Assembly: GCF_001447785.1 (NCBI RefSeq)
Contig: NW_015172008.1
Span: 124,001 to 188,000 of the forward strand
Direction of reading: 5' to 3'
DNA length: 64,000 nt
From: Gekko japonicus
Taxonomy: Eukaryota
The translations under genes and the position numbers were made by a program. This document shows positions 50,153 through 63,005 of the stretch, piece by piece (the stretch's first letter is position 1; each line of letters begins with the position of its first letter). A model generated the notes under the pieces. That model saw only the letters and a list, made by a program, of their open reading frames with translations, was not told the DNA's origin and searched no databases.

Positions 50153-51147
50153 TGAATCGGCATATGTCCCTCCATGAAGAAATCAGTAGTCTTGATAAAC
50201 ACTTGAATTTATGCACCGGACTTCAATGAATAGAAATTGACTATATGTGTTGTATCTGGCACTAGGCTTTTTTGTCGAAGTTTGGCTGAGGAGAGGGAGG
50301 TAACAGGGTTCCATTGAACCCTATGGAGATACCCATAAGCATGTATCCCAAACTCTGAAATATGTGTATTGCCAAATATTTACTGTCTTAGCAATGAGGT
50401 GTGTGAAAATCAAACGGTACACATTTACATTATTTATCTGTCAGTCTGTCTCTGTCTACCAATGCATTTTTGAGTTGTACGGAAATAGTCTGAACTTTTA
50501 AAAAGTTCCTCGTCAACCCATGTCCAATGAAATGGTGTGGTAATCAGAACTGTGTGTCACACCACTCCGCTTAACCTTCCCCAGCTGGAAGTAGACATGA
50601 GCAGGGAGGAGGGGATGATGAATGCATCTGAAGTGAGACCTCTTGGCTTCAACTTACAATAGATACTGTAGTTGAGAGAAAGAAAAAATTGCAGAGGGGA
50701 AAAGCCAGGAAAGGACTGGGTGGCAGAGTGCCTCTCTTTTTTCCTAGATCAGCCTCAGAGGCAGCAGGTTGCTGAGCTAGCAAGCACATCATGGGAACTC
50801 TGTACCCATTGGGCAGTCAGTGTTGCCAGGTGCTACCCCAGAACTGAAGCGTGGATGGTGATGGTCTAATGCTGTTAGCTCCCATTCAAGAGCTGCAAGT
50901 GCCACAGTCCTGCTCTCTGTATGTTTTTGGTAGTGTAAAGGAAACCTGCTTATGGAGGCCTCTTAACAAGACTAGTATCTATCATGATCTGGTCGGTGGT
51001 AAGGATGGACCCTCTCTGACAGTGGTTTCTGGGGAGTTCAGCAATAGTCACAGGACCAAGGTCTTATCTTGTGAGGCTAAATCTGCTCAGACACGGCAGG
51101 CCCTGCAGTCATCACAGCCATTAGATTCCATGGACTTGACTCCCATA

Positions 51148-54030
51148 TTAAGAACATAACAGAAGCCGTGCTGGATCATGCCAATGGCCCATCCAGTCCA
51201 CCACTCTGTGTCACACAGTGGCCAAAACCCAGGTGCCATCAGGAGGTACACCTGTGGGGCCAGAACTCCAGAAGCCCTCCTACTGTTGCCCCCCCAAGCA
51301 CCAAGAATACAGAGCATCACTGCCCCAGACATAGTGTGCCATCTATACCCTGTGGCTCATTGCCACTGATGAGCCTCTGCTCCATATGTTTATCTAGTCT
51401 CCTCTTGAAGATGTCTGTGTTTATAGCTGCCACCAATTCCTATGGCTGTGAATTCATGTGTTAATTACTCTTTGGGTGAAGAAGTACTTCTTTGTATCTG
51501 TTCTAACCCAACTGCTCATTAATTTAATTGAGTGCCCATGAATTCTTGTATTGTGAGAAAGGGAGGAAAGTACTTCTTTCTGTACCTTCTCTATCCCATG
51601 CATAATTCTGTAAACCTCTATCATGTTACCCATCAATCGTTGTTTCTCAAAGATAAAGAGTCCTAACTTCTTTAACCTTTTTTCATAGGGAAGGTGTCCC
51701 ATCCCCTTAATCATTTCAGGCTGCAGTCACATGTGCCAGTTGGAGCCGAGGGGAAGCGAGGCTATCTCCTCCAGAGGAATTTGACATACGGTTGAGAGAT
51801 CACACATCCCTTTGTAGCTGTGGGCACAGCCCATCCCTGTGTGATCGGATGCCACTGCAGCTGAGTTGGGGTTATTTTGGCCATTTGTTTCCCATACGGA
51901 TAAATGAGGAATTGCACCTCTGCACTGAGGGCCCCCTATGGAGTATGCGATGATGCGCGTACTACAAAGGGGGGGGCAAGCCGGGATGGCCTGATCAGAC
52001 CATCCTGATGGCATGCTTGTGTGATCAGACAGGGGTCTGTCGAACCTGTTTACTACTGGGCTTTCCCTGGTGTCTTACGAACCTGTTTACTACTGGACTT
52101 TCCCTTGTCTTTTAACTCCACTTCCATAGCTGAGCAGCACAGGTTGCCAATGACTGCAGGATGCTTCCCAGATGCTGCTATCTCATCGTGCCCTTTAGAT
52201 CCATCAGGCATTTGCACCTATGTTGGATATAAAGGTGTGTGTGATCACAGTCTTGGTTGCTTTTCTGTGCACCTTTTCTAATGCCATAATATCTTTTATG
52301 AGGTGTAGTGACCAGAACTGTACACATGAGGCCGCACCATAGATTTATACAGGGGTGTTATGATGTACACATGAGGCTGCACCATAGATTTATACAGGGG
52401 TGTTATGATACTGGCTGATTTGTTTTTAGTCCCCTTCCTAATAATCCCCCAGCATAGCATTTGCCTTTTTTTATTGCAGTCACACACTGAGTCAACATCT
52501 TCAGTGAGTTATCTACCATGACTCCAAAATCTCTCTTCTGGTCAGTTACCACCAGTTTGGACCCCATTAACTTTTATTTATAGTTAGGATTTTTGGCTCC
52601 AATGTGCATTATTTGCACTTGTCCATGCTGAACCTCACTCGCCATGTTGATGCCCACTCACCCAGCCTCAACAGATCCCGCTTGAGCACTTCACAGTCCT
52701 CCTTGGTTCTCACCACCCTGATCAACGTAATGGCATCTGTAAACTTAGCCACTTCACTGCTTACTCCCAACTCCAAATCATTAATGAACAAGTTAAAAAG
52801 CACCAGACTTAGTACCGAGCCCTATGGTACTCTACTGCTTATGACCTTCTGCTGTGAAAACTGCCCATATATACTCACTCTCTGTTTCCTGTTAAATAAC
52901 CAGTTTTTAATCCACAAGAGGACTTGTCCTTTTATCCCATGAGTGCTGAGTTTACTCAGGAACCTTTGATGAGTAATTTTATCAAAAGCATTCTGGAAGT
53001 CTAGGTAAACAAAATCTACTGGGTCCATTGTCCACTGTCCACATGTTTATTCACTTCCCCAAGGAAGGTTAGTGAGACGAGATGTTCTCTTACAGAATCC
53101 ATGCTGATTCTTCCTCAATAGCAGTTGGTCATCAATGTGCCTACCAATTCTATCTTTAATAACAGATTCCACCAACTTACCCAGTATTGATGTTAGACTG
53201 ACTAGGCTGTAATTTCCAGGATCTCATCTGGAACCTTTTTTAAAGATGGGGTTACATTAGCTTCCTTCCAGTCCTCATGAATGGAGGCAGATTTTAGATT
53301 GCATATTTTTTAGGAGTTCCACAAATTCACAGAGTTCTTTCAGAACTCTTGGATGTATGCCATCTAGGCCTGGTGATTTGTCAGTTTTTGATTTGTCCAT
53401 CAGTCATTGGACCTCCTCTCTAGTTACCTCAATCTGAATCAGGTCTTTTAACACCCCTCCTGAAATTGGTGGTTCTGGAGTGGGCAAGCACCTCTCATCT
53501 TCCACAGTGAAGACATAGGCAAAAAGTGCATTCAGTTTCTCTGCCATTTCTGTATCATCCTTTAGTAATCCTTTCACCCCTTGGTCATCCAAGGGCCCCA
53601 CTGCCTCCCTGGCTGGTTTTCTACTTCTAATGTATTTGAAGAAATTGTTGTTACTGGTCTTTGTTTTTTGCAATATGTTACCTTACCTTTGGTTTCAGTT
53701 TCTTCTTCACAAGCCCCCTCATTTGAGATAAATTACCCCTTCTAAAGTTAAATGTGGTTGTGTTGGTCTTTTTGGGCAACTCCCTATTTATATAAATGCT
53801 AATCTTAATAGCATTATAGTCATTGTTTCCAACTGGTGGTATCATGTTTACATCTCTCACCAGGTCCTGAGCATTATGTAGGACCAAGTCCNNNNNNNNN
53901 NNNGGATCCCTCCCCCCTGGTAGGTTCAGTGACCATCTGCTCCATGGCACAATCATTGAGATTACCTAGAAACCCAGTCTCTTTCTCCTGACTTGAACAC
54001 ATACTAACCCAATCAATGTTGTGGATCAGT
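51148..54030 (-). mobile_element. CR1 LINE (about 2.3 kb, decayed), interrupted by a MITE
   Basis: ORF2 pieces FFKYIRSRKPAREAVGPL, VDFVYLDFQNAFDKI, LFNLFINDLE..KFTD and YEKRLKKLGLF; TAAGAACA terminus. Confidence 0.92.
51718..52253. mobile_element. Harbinger-like non-autonomous element nested in CR1
   Basis: Decayed TIRs AGGCTGCAGTCACATG / GTGTGTGATCACAGTCT. Removing the element restores contiguous CR1 sequence. Confidence 0.7.
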
Positions 54031-55208
54031 TANNNNNNNNNNNNNNNNNNNNNNNNNNNNNNNNNNNNNNNNNNNNNNNNNNNNNNNNNNNNNNNNNNNN
54101 NNNNNNNNNNNNNNNNNNNNNNNNNNNNNNNNNNNNNNNNNNNNNNNNNNNNNNNNNNNNNNNNNNNNNNNNNNNNNNNNNNNNNNNNNGTATCAGAAGG
54201 TATGTATAATTTTGTGCCCGGAATTATATAAACAATAATCTATAACATACAACAGTAGGTGGGGTGGATCCTACCCCTATCCTACCACTCAGCTGAGCAA
54301 AGTCTGAAGCCTTCAACCAGCCTCAGGAGACTTGCTCCAACTTAAGTAGCTGTTCCTCCAATAGAAGAGCTGCTTAAGTTGGTGGAATGCTCCTTATGTT
54401 ATATAAATTAATATCCAGTCAAAAATAGAAGGTTGAAGTCAAAATGAGGAGGAAGATCTTGTATTTTACTGCAATGAAATACGGAAAACAGTTAGGCCAA
54501 AGGATCCATCAAAGCTGACTGCTTTCTGAGCCCAATCAAGAAATACATGAAGTTAAATACTTAATATGAAATCATCATATCATCATCATGAGAATAATAT
54601 TCAGAAGGCATAATTGGTTACAAAAACTGAAACAACATTTACATAAAAATCTCCTTTGCCCCCCAAGCCGGAATAACGAGGCAGACACAAGTGCTGGGTT
54701 TAAATATAGGGCCACTTTATTAACTGACAACTTTAACTGGAACCAAAGGCAAGGGCAAAACAGAATTGCGTTATGGTCAAGGCCAGAGGTCAAGGACCCC
54801 TCCCTTACCTAGTCCACAGGGCGAGCCACCCTGCCCCGGGTGGGAGCCCACTGCAGGGGCTACCATCCGGCCGGCTAGCCATTGCAAGACAACCCTGTAG
54901 CCCCATCCCCCAAGCCGCAAGGCTCAAAGAGAGGACCTAAACAGGGCCGTCCCGAAGGCAGTCCGTTTTCCCCGCCCCNNNNNNNNNNNNNNNNNNNNNN
55001 NNNNNNNNNNNNNNNNNNNNNNNNNNNNNNNNNNNNNNNNNNNNNNNNNNNNNNNNNNNNNNNNNNNNNNNNNNNNNNNNNNNNNNNNNNNNNNNNNNNN
55101 NNNNNNNNNNNNNNNNNNNNNNNNNNNNNNNNNNNNNNNNNNNNNNNNNNNNNNNNNNNNNNNNNNNNNNNNNNNNNNNNNNNNNNNNNNNNNNNNNNNN
55201 NNNNNNNN

Positions 55209-55790
55209 TCTCACTTATGGTGGGAATGCCCAAAAGTGATAGATTTTTGGGAAAAGATACGGGGAAAAATAGCAGTGCTATGTAAAGTCAACCTGGATAT
55301 AGACGTAGATTTATTATTTATGGGTGTATTGGGAAACCATAGAATTGAGAAACAAAATCAGGATATTTTCAAAGTAATGTTATTAGCAGCTCATGCAGTG
55401 ATTGTATATGGTTGGAAGGATAACTCAAAATGGACTTTAGAAAAATGGAACTAATATTTATATGAATATATACAATCGGACATATTGGAATGTTTAAAGC
55501 AAGATAAGATATGGACTGTAAAAATGAAGGAGATTAAAAAGATATGGTCGGTATACTTTAAATGGGTTTATAAAGGGGAAGCCAACAGGGGTATACTTGA
55601 AAAGTTGGAAAGAATGTGCTCATGGTTGAAAATGTAATTTGAATAACATGATGGTGGCCACCTTGGGGGGGGGGAAAGGGATAAAATAGGAGGGAAAAAG
55701 TATCAAAAAGTTGGAACTAAACTGTAATGTAATAACAATATTGTGATACAATAAAAATTATTAAAAAAAATTCCAATAAAATGTTAAACC
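55209..55790 (+). mobile_element. L1-clade LINE 3' end
   Basis: SHLWWECPKVIDFWEKI..LLAAHAVIVYGWK, then AATAAA and an A-rich tail. Confidence 0.8.
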
Positions 55791-57771
55791 TATAATAAAC
55801 TTATAAAAACCAGAGAAATATGAATAATAAAAAAAAGGAAAATCTATATAGCCCCATCTCTACTACACTTAGGCCAGAGGATTCTTCTTGGTTTCACTCC
55901 AGCATCTATGACAAAGACATGAAGGATACATTCATATTCCGATAAAGTTTCTATTTATGGTAAAATTCATATCAAAATGATGAAATGCATGTTAGGAAAA
56001 GACATGTGGTGATGCTGAAAATGTTCTTTGAGAGTATGCTTTCCTACAACCAAAAGAACCACAAAAAGGGCCAATGTTTGTACACTGAAATCAACAAAGA
56101 GAAGGAACAGATGGTGAATCAGTGGAGGCACCAGTCTTTGCAGACTGACAGCATGTGTTTTAGCAGAAGGTTGAGCATGGAAGAGCAGGGCAGGCCTTCA
56201 CGCAGCCCCCAAGATTACTCGGTCCTAGAGATCTGACAAAAAGCATTCCCTTGGAGATATTCATGGTATCAAATGCAAAATATATCATTCTGATATGGCA
56301 ACAAAATAAGTATTGCTTTTCCCAGTACTGACTGCTGTGGGAGAAGGTACCAAAAATAATCGTGGCTCAGTTTTTAATTTCAGCTCATTTTCAAATCTCC
56401 TTTGCATTGTATATCAGGAAGTTTAGGTTACTTTGTACGAACAGTTACGGATTCAGTCTCGTGGTTGGAATGAGATCTGTCCTAGTTTTGTTGGGAAGTG
56501 GACTAACCCAGCATCCATTTAAAGACTGAGGATTAACCAGCTTTTGGTTTGGCCTGCTAGACTGCTGATTTTAAATAACTGCCAAGTAGGGACCGTGTCA
56601 TGGTTCATCACAAATAGGTTCTTTTTCAAATAAGCTCAAGGCAATTCACTTTTCTTGTCTTGGCTGTCCAGAACCATTAGCTGTTTTAAAACCATCCTTT
56701 TAGTCAGTTTTTCCAAAAGTATAAGAAAACACATGGACTAACTCCCTACTATTGGAGAGAGAGGAAAATCTCATTTTTGCCATGAAAGAAGTTTGGAGGC
56801 ATAAAACAGGTAACTTTCTAGATTTGACTGCCTGATTTAGTTCATTTCTTGATTGCAAGCATAATTAAGACTTCCGATAAATGTCTATTTTTCACTGCAG
56901 AATGTCACACTATCTGAGAAACCTAATGATTCTTTAACTCTTCTGGTTATGAGGAGACTTCTCCACAAAACAAATGGAGAAATGTGGGTCAAAACAAATG
57001 TGAAAGTGCAGCTTCATACCTTGCAGTATTTCACAGAAGACATTTTTGATGTCTCTTTCTTTGTACCAGGATTGTGGCCCAAGCCCCTCCCTTACACATG
57101 CACTTACTGATCGCTGGATCCAGCCCATTTGGCATATCTGAAGCTAGATCTCTTATATGCTGTACCTGGAATTCACCATCCTTGTAAGTCTGGGCTTCTT
57201 TGTATGTAAAATGAGACTGTTGACTGAGTGCTATGATAGTGTCTGTCATTATGGGTAAACCTAAAGTGGCACTGAAAGGACATTTCCAACAGCTGTAGAT
57301 GTTTCCTGCGTGGGAACGAATTGTCAGGAAATGGTCTCTAGGTAATCCTGGCTTAAGACCCATCCGGCTTAGAAAAGGGGAAGGGTGTAGGCAAGCTGGC
57401 CTTGTGTGTGTGCACATAAATATACATATGAAGACACTGTGGCTTTTGGGTTTTGAGGAAAAAGAGAGGGAAAGTCAGAGACACAGAACTATGTGTTGGT
57501 TGAAAGTGAATAACTTTGGAGATGCAATCTTTCTTTCTGTCCAAGAATCTGATGGGGGTAGTGGGTCTGTTACCCAACGAGTGCTTCCACCTGTGCCATA
57601 TTAATATATTTTAAATGAAGCAAATACTACAAAGACACTAGAAAACTGCCATGAGAAAGTGTTGCCCCTAGAACTTCTTTCCCTGTGGAAATAATGCTAC
57701 CTTAATGTGACCAAATGTGCATCTTGCTCTTTTCATCCCATGAATGCCTTATACCATGAAAGTGCAACTGC

Positions 57772-58927
57772 CCTCATTTGACAAGTTCTCTTGTGGATCA
57801 AAACCTGGCTAATTAATAGGAAACAGAGAGTGAGTATAAATGGGCAATTTTCTCAGTGGAGGGTGGTAAGCAGTGGGGTACCACAGGGATCAGTACTCAG
57901 TCCAATTCTTTTTAACTTGCTTATTAATGATTTGGAGTTGTGAGGAAGCAGTGAAGTGGCTAAATTTGCAGATGACACAAAGTTGTTCAGGGTGGTGAGA
58001 ACCAGGTAGGATTGTGAGGCACTCCAAAGGGATCTGTTGAGGATGGGTGAGTAGGCATCAACATGGCAAATGGGGTTCAATGTGGCCAAGTGCAAAGTGA
58101 TGAACATTGGAAGAAAAAATCCTAACTATAAATACACATTGATGGAGTCCGAACTGGCAGAGACTGACCAAGAGAGAGATCTTGGAGTTGTAGTAGATAA
58201 CTCACTGAAAATGTCAAGACAGTGTGCGATTGCAATAAAAAAGGCCAATGCTATGCCGGGAATTATTAGAAAGGGAATTGAAAACAAATCAGCCAGTATC
58301 ATAATGCCCCTGTATAAATCAATGGTGCAACCTCATTTGGAGTACTGTGTACAGTTCTGGTCACCACACCTCAAAAAGGATATTATAGCATTGGAAAAAG
58401 TGCAGAAAAGGGCAACTCGAATGATAAAAGGGTTGGAACACTTTCCCTATGAAGAAAGGTTAAAGCACTTGGGGCTCTTTAGTTTGGAGAAATGACGGCT
58501 GAGGGGTGACATGATTGAAGTTTATAAGATTATGCATGGTATAGAGCAGGTAGAGAAAGAAGTACTTTCCCCTCTTTCTCACAATACAAGAACTCATGGC
58601 CACTCAATGAAATTGCTGAGCAGTCGGTTTAGAACAGATAAAAGGAAGTATTTCTTCACCCAAAGAGTAATTAACACATGGAATTCGCTGCCACAGGAGG
58701 TGGCGGCGGCTACAAGCATGGAGAGCTTCAAGAGGGAATTAGATAAGCATATGGAGCAGAGGTCCATTTGGGGGGGGCAACAGTGGGAGGGCTTCTAGTG
58801 TCCTGGCCCCACTGCTGGACCTCCTGATGGCACCTGGTATTTTTGGCAACTGTGTGACAGAGTGTTGGACTAGATGGGCCATTGGCCTGATCCAACATTG
58901 GCTTCTCTTATGTTCTTACGTTCTTAT
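57772..58927 (+). mobile_element. CR1 LINE, 5'-truncated
   Basis: [19 protein letters not shown] and HLEYCVQFWSPHLKKDI motifs; (TGTTCTTA)n terminus. Confidence 0.93.
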
Positions 58928-59063
58928 GATGAGACTCAGTAAATTCTGCTGTGATTCCATAGCAGTTGATATTATAGAATCCACACTATGTTTGTCATTG
59001 GCTTGGATCCAGTGATGCATGAGCAGAAATGTAAATGGACTTAGTACAGTTCCACTTGCACAA

Positions 59064-60214
59064 GATAGAATCATAGAATCTTAGAGTTGGAAGGGGCCTC
59101 CAGGGTAATCTAGTCCAACCCCCTGCACAATGCAGGAAATTCACAAATACCTCCCCCTCCACACCCGCAATGACTGCTGTTCCATGCCCAGAAGATGACA
59201 AAAAACCTCAAGGATCCCTGGCCAAACTGGCCTGGAGAAAAATTGTTTCCAGACTCCAAAGTGGCAATCAGCATTTTCCTGGGCGTGTAAGAAAGGGCCA
59301 CAAGAACTAAACACTGAGGCAACCCTTCCCACCCTCCCTCACATGATCTGCCTAAGTTCACAGAATCAGCATTGCTGTCAGATGACCATCCAGCCTCTGT
59401 TTGGAAACCTCCTGTTGTGTATGTAATATAATGTATGAAGGTATTGAGCTTGAGTCTGACCAAGGTATCGTAAACCGACCTATCAGAACAAAGGAAGTTC
59501 TGGAGGAAAGCAAAGTGATTGGTCTTTATGTACAGTTTCTGATTGGTTACCATCTGACATGTGGGCGTTGCTTGCCAAGCCTGGACTGTTTAAAAAGGAG
59601 CCTGTTGCTCCATTGTTTGTCTCGTTCTGGTTCTTCTGACTTTGTGTTCAATAAAGCTGTTATCACTGTTCACCTGGTGCCTCGAGTCTCGTATCTAACA
59701 CCTCCAAAGAAAGAGAGTCCACCACCTCCTGAGGAAGCCTGTTCCACTGAGGAACCGTTTTAATTGCCAGGAAGTTCTTCCTAATGTTTAGCCGAAAACT
59801 CTTCTGATTTAATTTCAACTTGTTGGTTCTGGTTCGACTTTCTGGAACAACAGAAAACAATTCCCTACCATCCTCTATATCATAGCCCTTCAAATACTTG
59901 AAGATGGTTATCATATCACCTCTCAGTTGTCTCCTTTCCAGGCTAAACATACCCAGCTCCTTCAACCTTTCCTCATAGGACTTGGTCTCCAGACCCCTCA
60001 CCATCTTCGTTGCCCTCCTCTGGACACATTCCAGCTTGTCTATATCCTTCTTAAATTGTGGTGCCCCAAACTGAACACAGTACTCTAGGTGAGGTCTAAC
60101 CACAGCAGAGTAAAGTGGTACCATCACTTCACGTGATCTGGACGCTATATTTCTGTTGATACAGCCCCAAATGGCATTTGCCTTTTTAACAACTGCATCA
60201 CACTGCTGACTCAC
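59064..60214 (-). mobile_element. CR1 LINE (second subfamily), interrupted by a solo LTR
   Basis: MSQQCDAVVKKANAI..RPHLEYCVQF..LECVQRRATKMVRGLE; (ATTCTATG)n-type terminus. Confidence 0.92.
59413..59700 (+). mobile_element. Solo LTR, 288 bp
   Basis: TGTT...AACA termini with perfect 5-bp TSD CCTCC. Contains two ATTGG boxes, TTTAAAAA and AATAAA in U3-R-U5 order. Confidence 0.88.
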
Positions 60215-60229
60215 GTAAATGCAAAACTT

Positions 60230-61464
60230 TATAGAATCATATACTCATCGGATCATAGAGTTGGAAGGGATCTCCAGGGTCATCTNNNNNNNNNNNNNNN
60301 NNNNNNNNNNNNNNNNNNNNNNNNNNNNNNNNNNNNNNNNNNNNNNNNNNNNNNNNNNNNNNNNNNNNNNNNNNNNNNNNNNNNNNNNNNNNNNNNNNNN
60401 NNNNNNNNNNNNNNNNNNNNNNNNNNNNNNNNNNNNNNNNNNNNNNNNNNNNNNNNNNNNNNNNNNNNNNNNNNNNNNNNNNNNNNNNNNNNNNNNNNNN
60501 NNNNNNNNNNNNNNNNNNNNNNNNNNNNNNNNNNNNNNNNNNNNNNNNNNNNNNNNNNNNNNNNNNNNNNNNNNNNNNNNNNNNNNNNNNNNNNNNNNNN
60601 NNNNNNNNNNNNNNNNNNNNNNNNNNNNNNNNNNNNNNNNNNNNNNNNNNNNNNNNNNNNNNNNNNNNNNNNNNNNNNNNNNNNNNNNNNNNNNNNNNNN
60701 NNNNNNNNNNNNNNNNNNNNNNNNNNNNNNNNNNNNNNNNNNNNNNNNNNNNNNNNNNNNNNNNNNNNNNNNNNNNNNNNNNNNNNNNNNNNNNNNNNNN
60801 NNNNNNNNNNNNNNNNNNNNNNNNNNNNNNNNNNNNNNNNNNNNNNNNNNNNNNNNNNNNNNNNNNNNNNNNNNNNNNNNNNNNNNNNNNNNNNNNNNNN
60901 NNNNNNNNNNNNNNNNNNNNNNNNNNNNNNNNNNNNNNNNNNNNNNNNNNNNNNNNNNNNNNNNNNNNNNNNNNNNNNNNNNNNNNNNNNNNNNNNNNNN
61001 NNNNNNNNNNNNNNNNNNNNNNNNNNNNNNNNNNNNNNNNNNNNNNNNNNNNNNNNNNNNNNNNNNNNNNNNNNNNNNNNNNNNNNNNNNNNNNACAAGC
61101 ACTGGTTGTTTATATTCATCCTTGGTTATAAGGCCCTCCTTCCACTTTCTGAATGAATCTTTTTTATTTCTCGAATCTTTAGAAATCTGTTTATGGAGTC
61201 ACCTCGGCTTCTTTAGGCTCCTCCCATTTTTCCTTCTCATAGGAATTGTTTGTGATTGTGCCTTCAGTATTTCACTTTTAAGAAACTCTCATCCCTCTTG
61301 AACTCCCTTCTCCTTAAGTATTTCTGACCATGGGATTCTACCTAGCATAACTTTAAGTTTGTCAAAAATTTGCTTTCCTGAAGTCCTGCCTATATGTCTG
61401 ACTATGTACAGCTTTTACCTTCACCAAGACTGTAAATTCCAAAATTGCATGGTCACTATTACCC
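60230..61464 (-). mobile_element. Further CR1 sequence (new 3' end, assembly gap, upstream ORF2)
   Basis: ATAGAATCAT..CATAGAGTTGGAAGGG terminus. CR1-like ORF2 sequence resumes after the gap at 60286-61094. Confidence 0.75.
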
Positions 61465-61612
61465 AGTCAGTACCTGGATGAGAGATCACCTTGGAAGACT
61501 GGGATTGTGATGCAGTGGAAGGCAATGGCAAATCACCTCTGCTTCTCTCTTGCCTTGAATTCCCCATGGTTGGGGTCGTCATGACTCAGCTGCAACTTGA
61601 CAGCATATTCCC
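61465..61612 (+). mobile_element. 5S rRNA-derived SINE fragment with RTE/BovB-type tail
   Basis: AGTACCTGGATGAGAGATCACCTTGGAA resembles the 5S box C region (AGTACTTGGATGGGAGACCGCCTGGGAA). It is followed by GGCAATGGCAAATCACCTC and GGGGTCG..CAACTTGA. Confidence 0.65.
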
Positions 61613-62639
61613 CTCCTCCTCCTCCTCCTCCTTCTGGGCGAAGTACATACCAACTGCCTTATTGGACAATCTAGCTCAGTACTGTGTGTTGGGATGGATC
61701 ATGGCGCTGCAGGGGCTCAGGGGTCCTTTCTGCACTAGAACTTAAATCCTAATATCACTATTATTTCTTAACTCCATTTATTTTTACCCAGAGACTCTCA
61801 ACTGGACTTTCGTGCTCAGATCTTCTGCAACACCTAGGAGATTTCCTCCTTATGTCTTCTAGTGACTTCTAGAGCTCTAACTCTTGCACGAGCAGAAAAA
61901 TAGCTTGCTATATGATGTATTTAACATTGCAAGAGGCCAGCATGGAGTTTTTTCACAAGGCATTGTTTAGAAAGTGTTTTACAGTGCAGTGTTTTAGAAG
62001 TGTAACTCTGCTTAGGATTGCGCTGTTAGAAAGTTATTCAGTTTTACTTTATTTGGGAGTATTTGGGAAGGTCCTCAAATAATTACCTTTTCAGTTTTTC
62101 ACTTTTCCTTTGGACAATTTTCTTGTAAAATAAATCTCCTTAATGAGTCATAACACATAAGGTGCTGCCAAAAGTGCATGTTACAATGATGATGTATTCC
62201 ACATCACATTTTAAAAGTGTAGAAAGCATCTTTATCCTGATACAAAACGCTTTTGGTAGCTTATCCTATATATTTACTGACATGAATATATGAAGGCCTT
62301 CATGCTCTCTAATCTCCCACAACGTTCCCTGGCCATATATAGTAGCAAAACAATGTAACTGAATTTGAGTCCAGCGGCACCAACAAAGTCTTATTCACAG
62401 TATAAGCTTTGGTGTACTTGCAATCTTGTTGGTTTCTAATACCCTCTGCAAACACACCCACCAATGTAACATGACTGCCCCATGCTATAGTTTCCAGGAT
62501 GCAAAGTTCCACATGGCACCTGCCTAGCAATTGCTCCTACGGAAACAAGTGAGAGGCACTACTTGCCCTCTCATCCCTTTCCCCTGGAGCACTACCTAAA
62601 ACATAACTGGTCAGCAGTAACAAATCGGAATGGTTGGAT

Positions 62640-63005
62640 ATATGCCGCTTGTGGGGTTCCAGTAAGGACCTGTGCCGCCACATTCTGGACCAGTTACAGT
62701 TTCTGGGTTAGTCTCAAGAGTAGCCCTGCATAGAGTGAATTAAAGTAGTGTGGAGGTGACCATTGCACGGATTACTGTGGCTAGGTTGGGCTGAAACAGG
62801 AAGGGGGGCAATTGCCTGACTTGGTGTAGCTGGAAAAATGCCAGTCTGGCAACATTTGTGATCTGAGCCGCCATTGATAGGGAGGCATCCAGGATGGTGC
62901 TGGTGTTAGGGGCACACCACCAAGAGACAGAAATTGGCACCCCAATCCTGAATGTCCCCCACCCAGGCACAGAATCTCTGCCTTAGTAGGATTCAGTCTC
63001 AGCCG
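62640..63005 (-). mobile_element. L2 LINE fragment (RT C-terminal)
   Basis: LDASLSMAAQITNVARLAFFQLHQVRQL..LATVIRAMVTS. Confidence 0.8.

Noticed and set aside
61465-61520. 5S rRNA gene
   Set aside because: Partial, diverged and fused to a retroposon tail.
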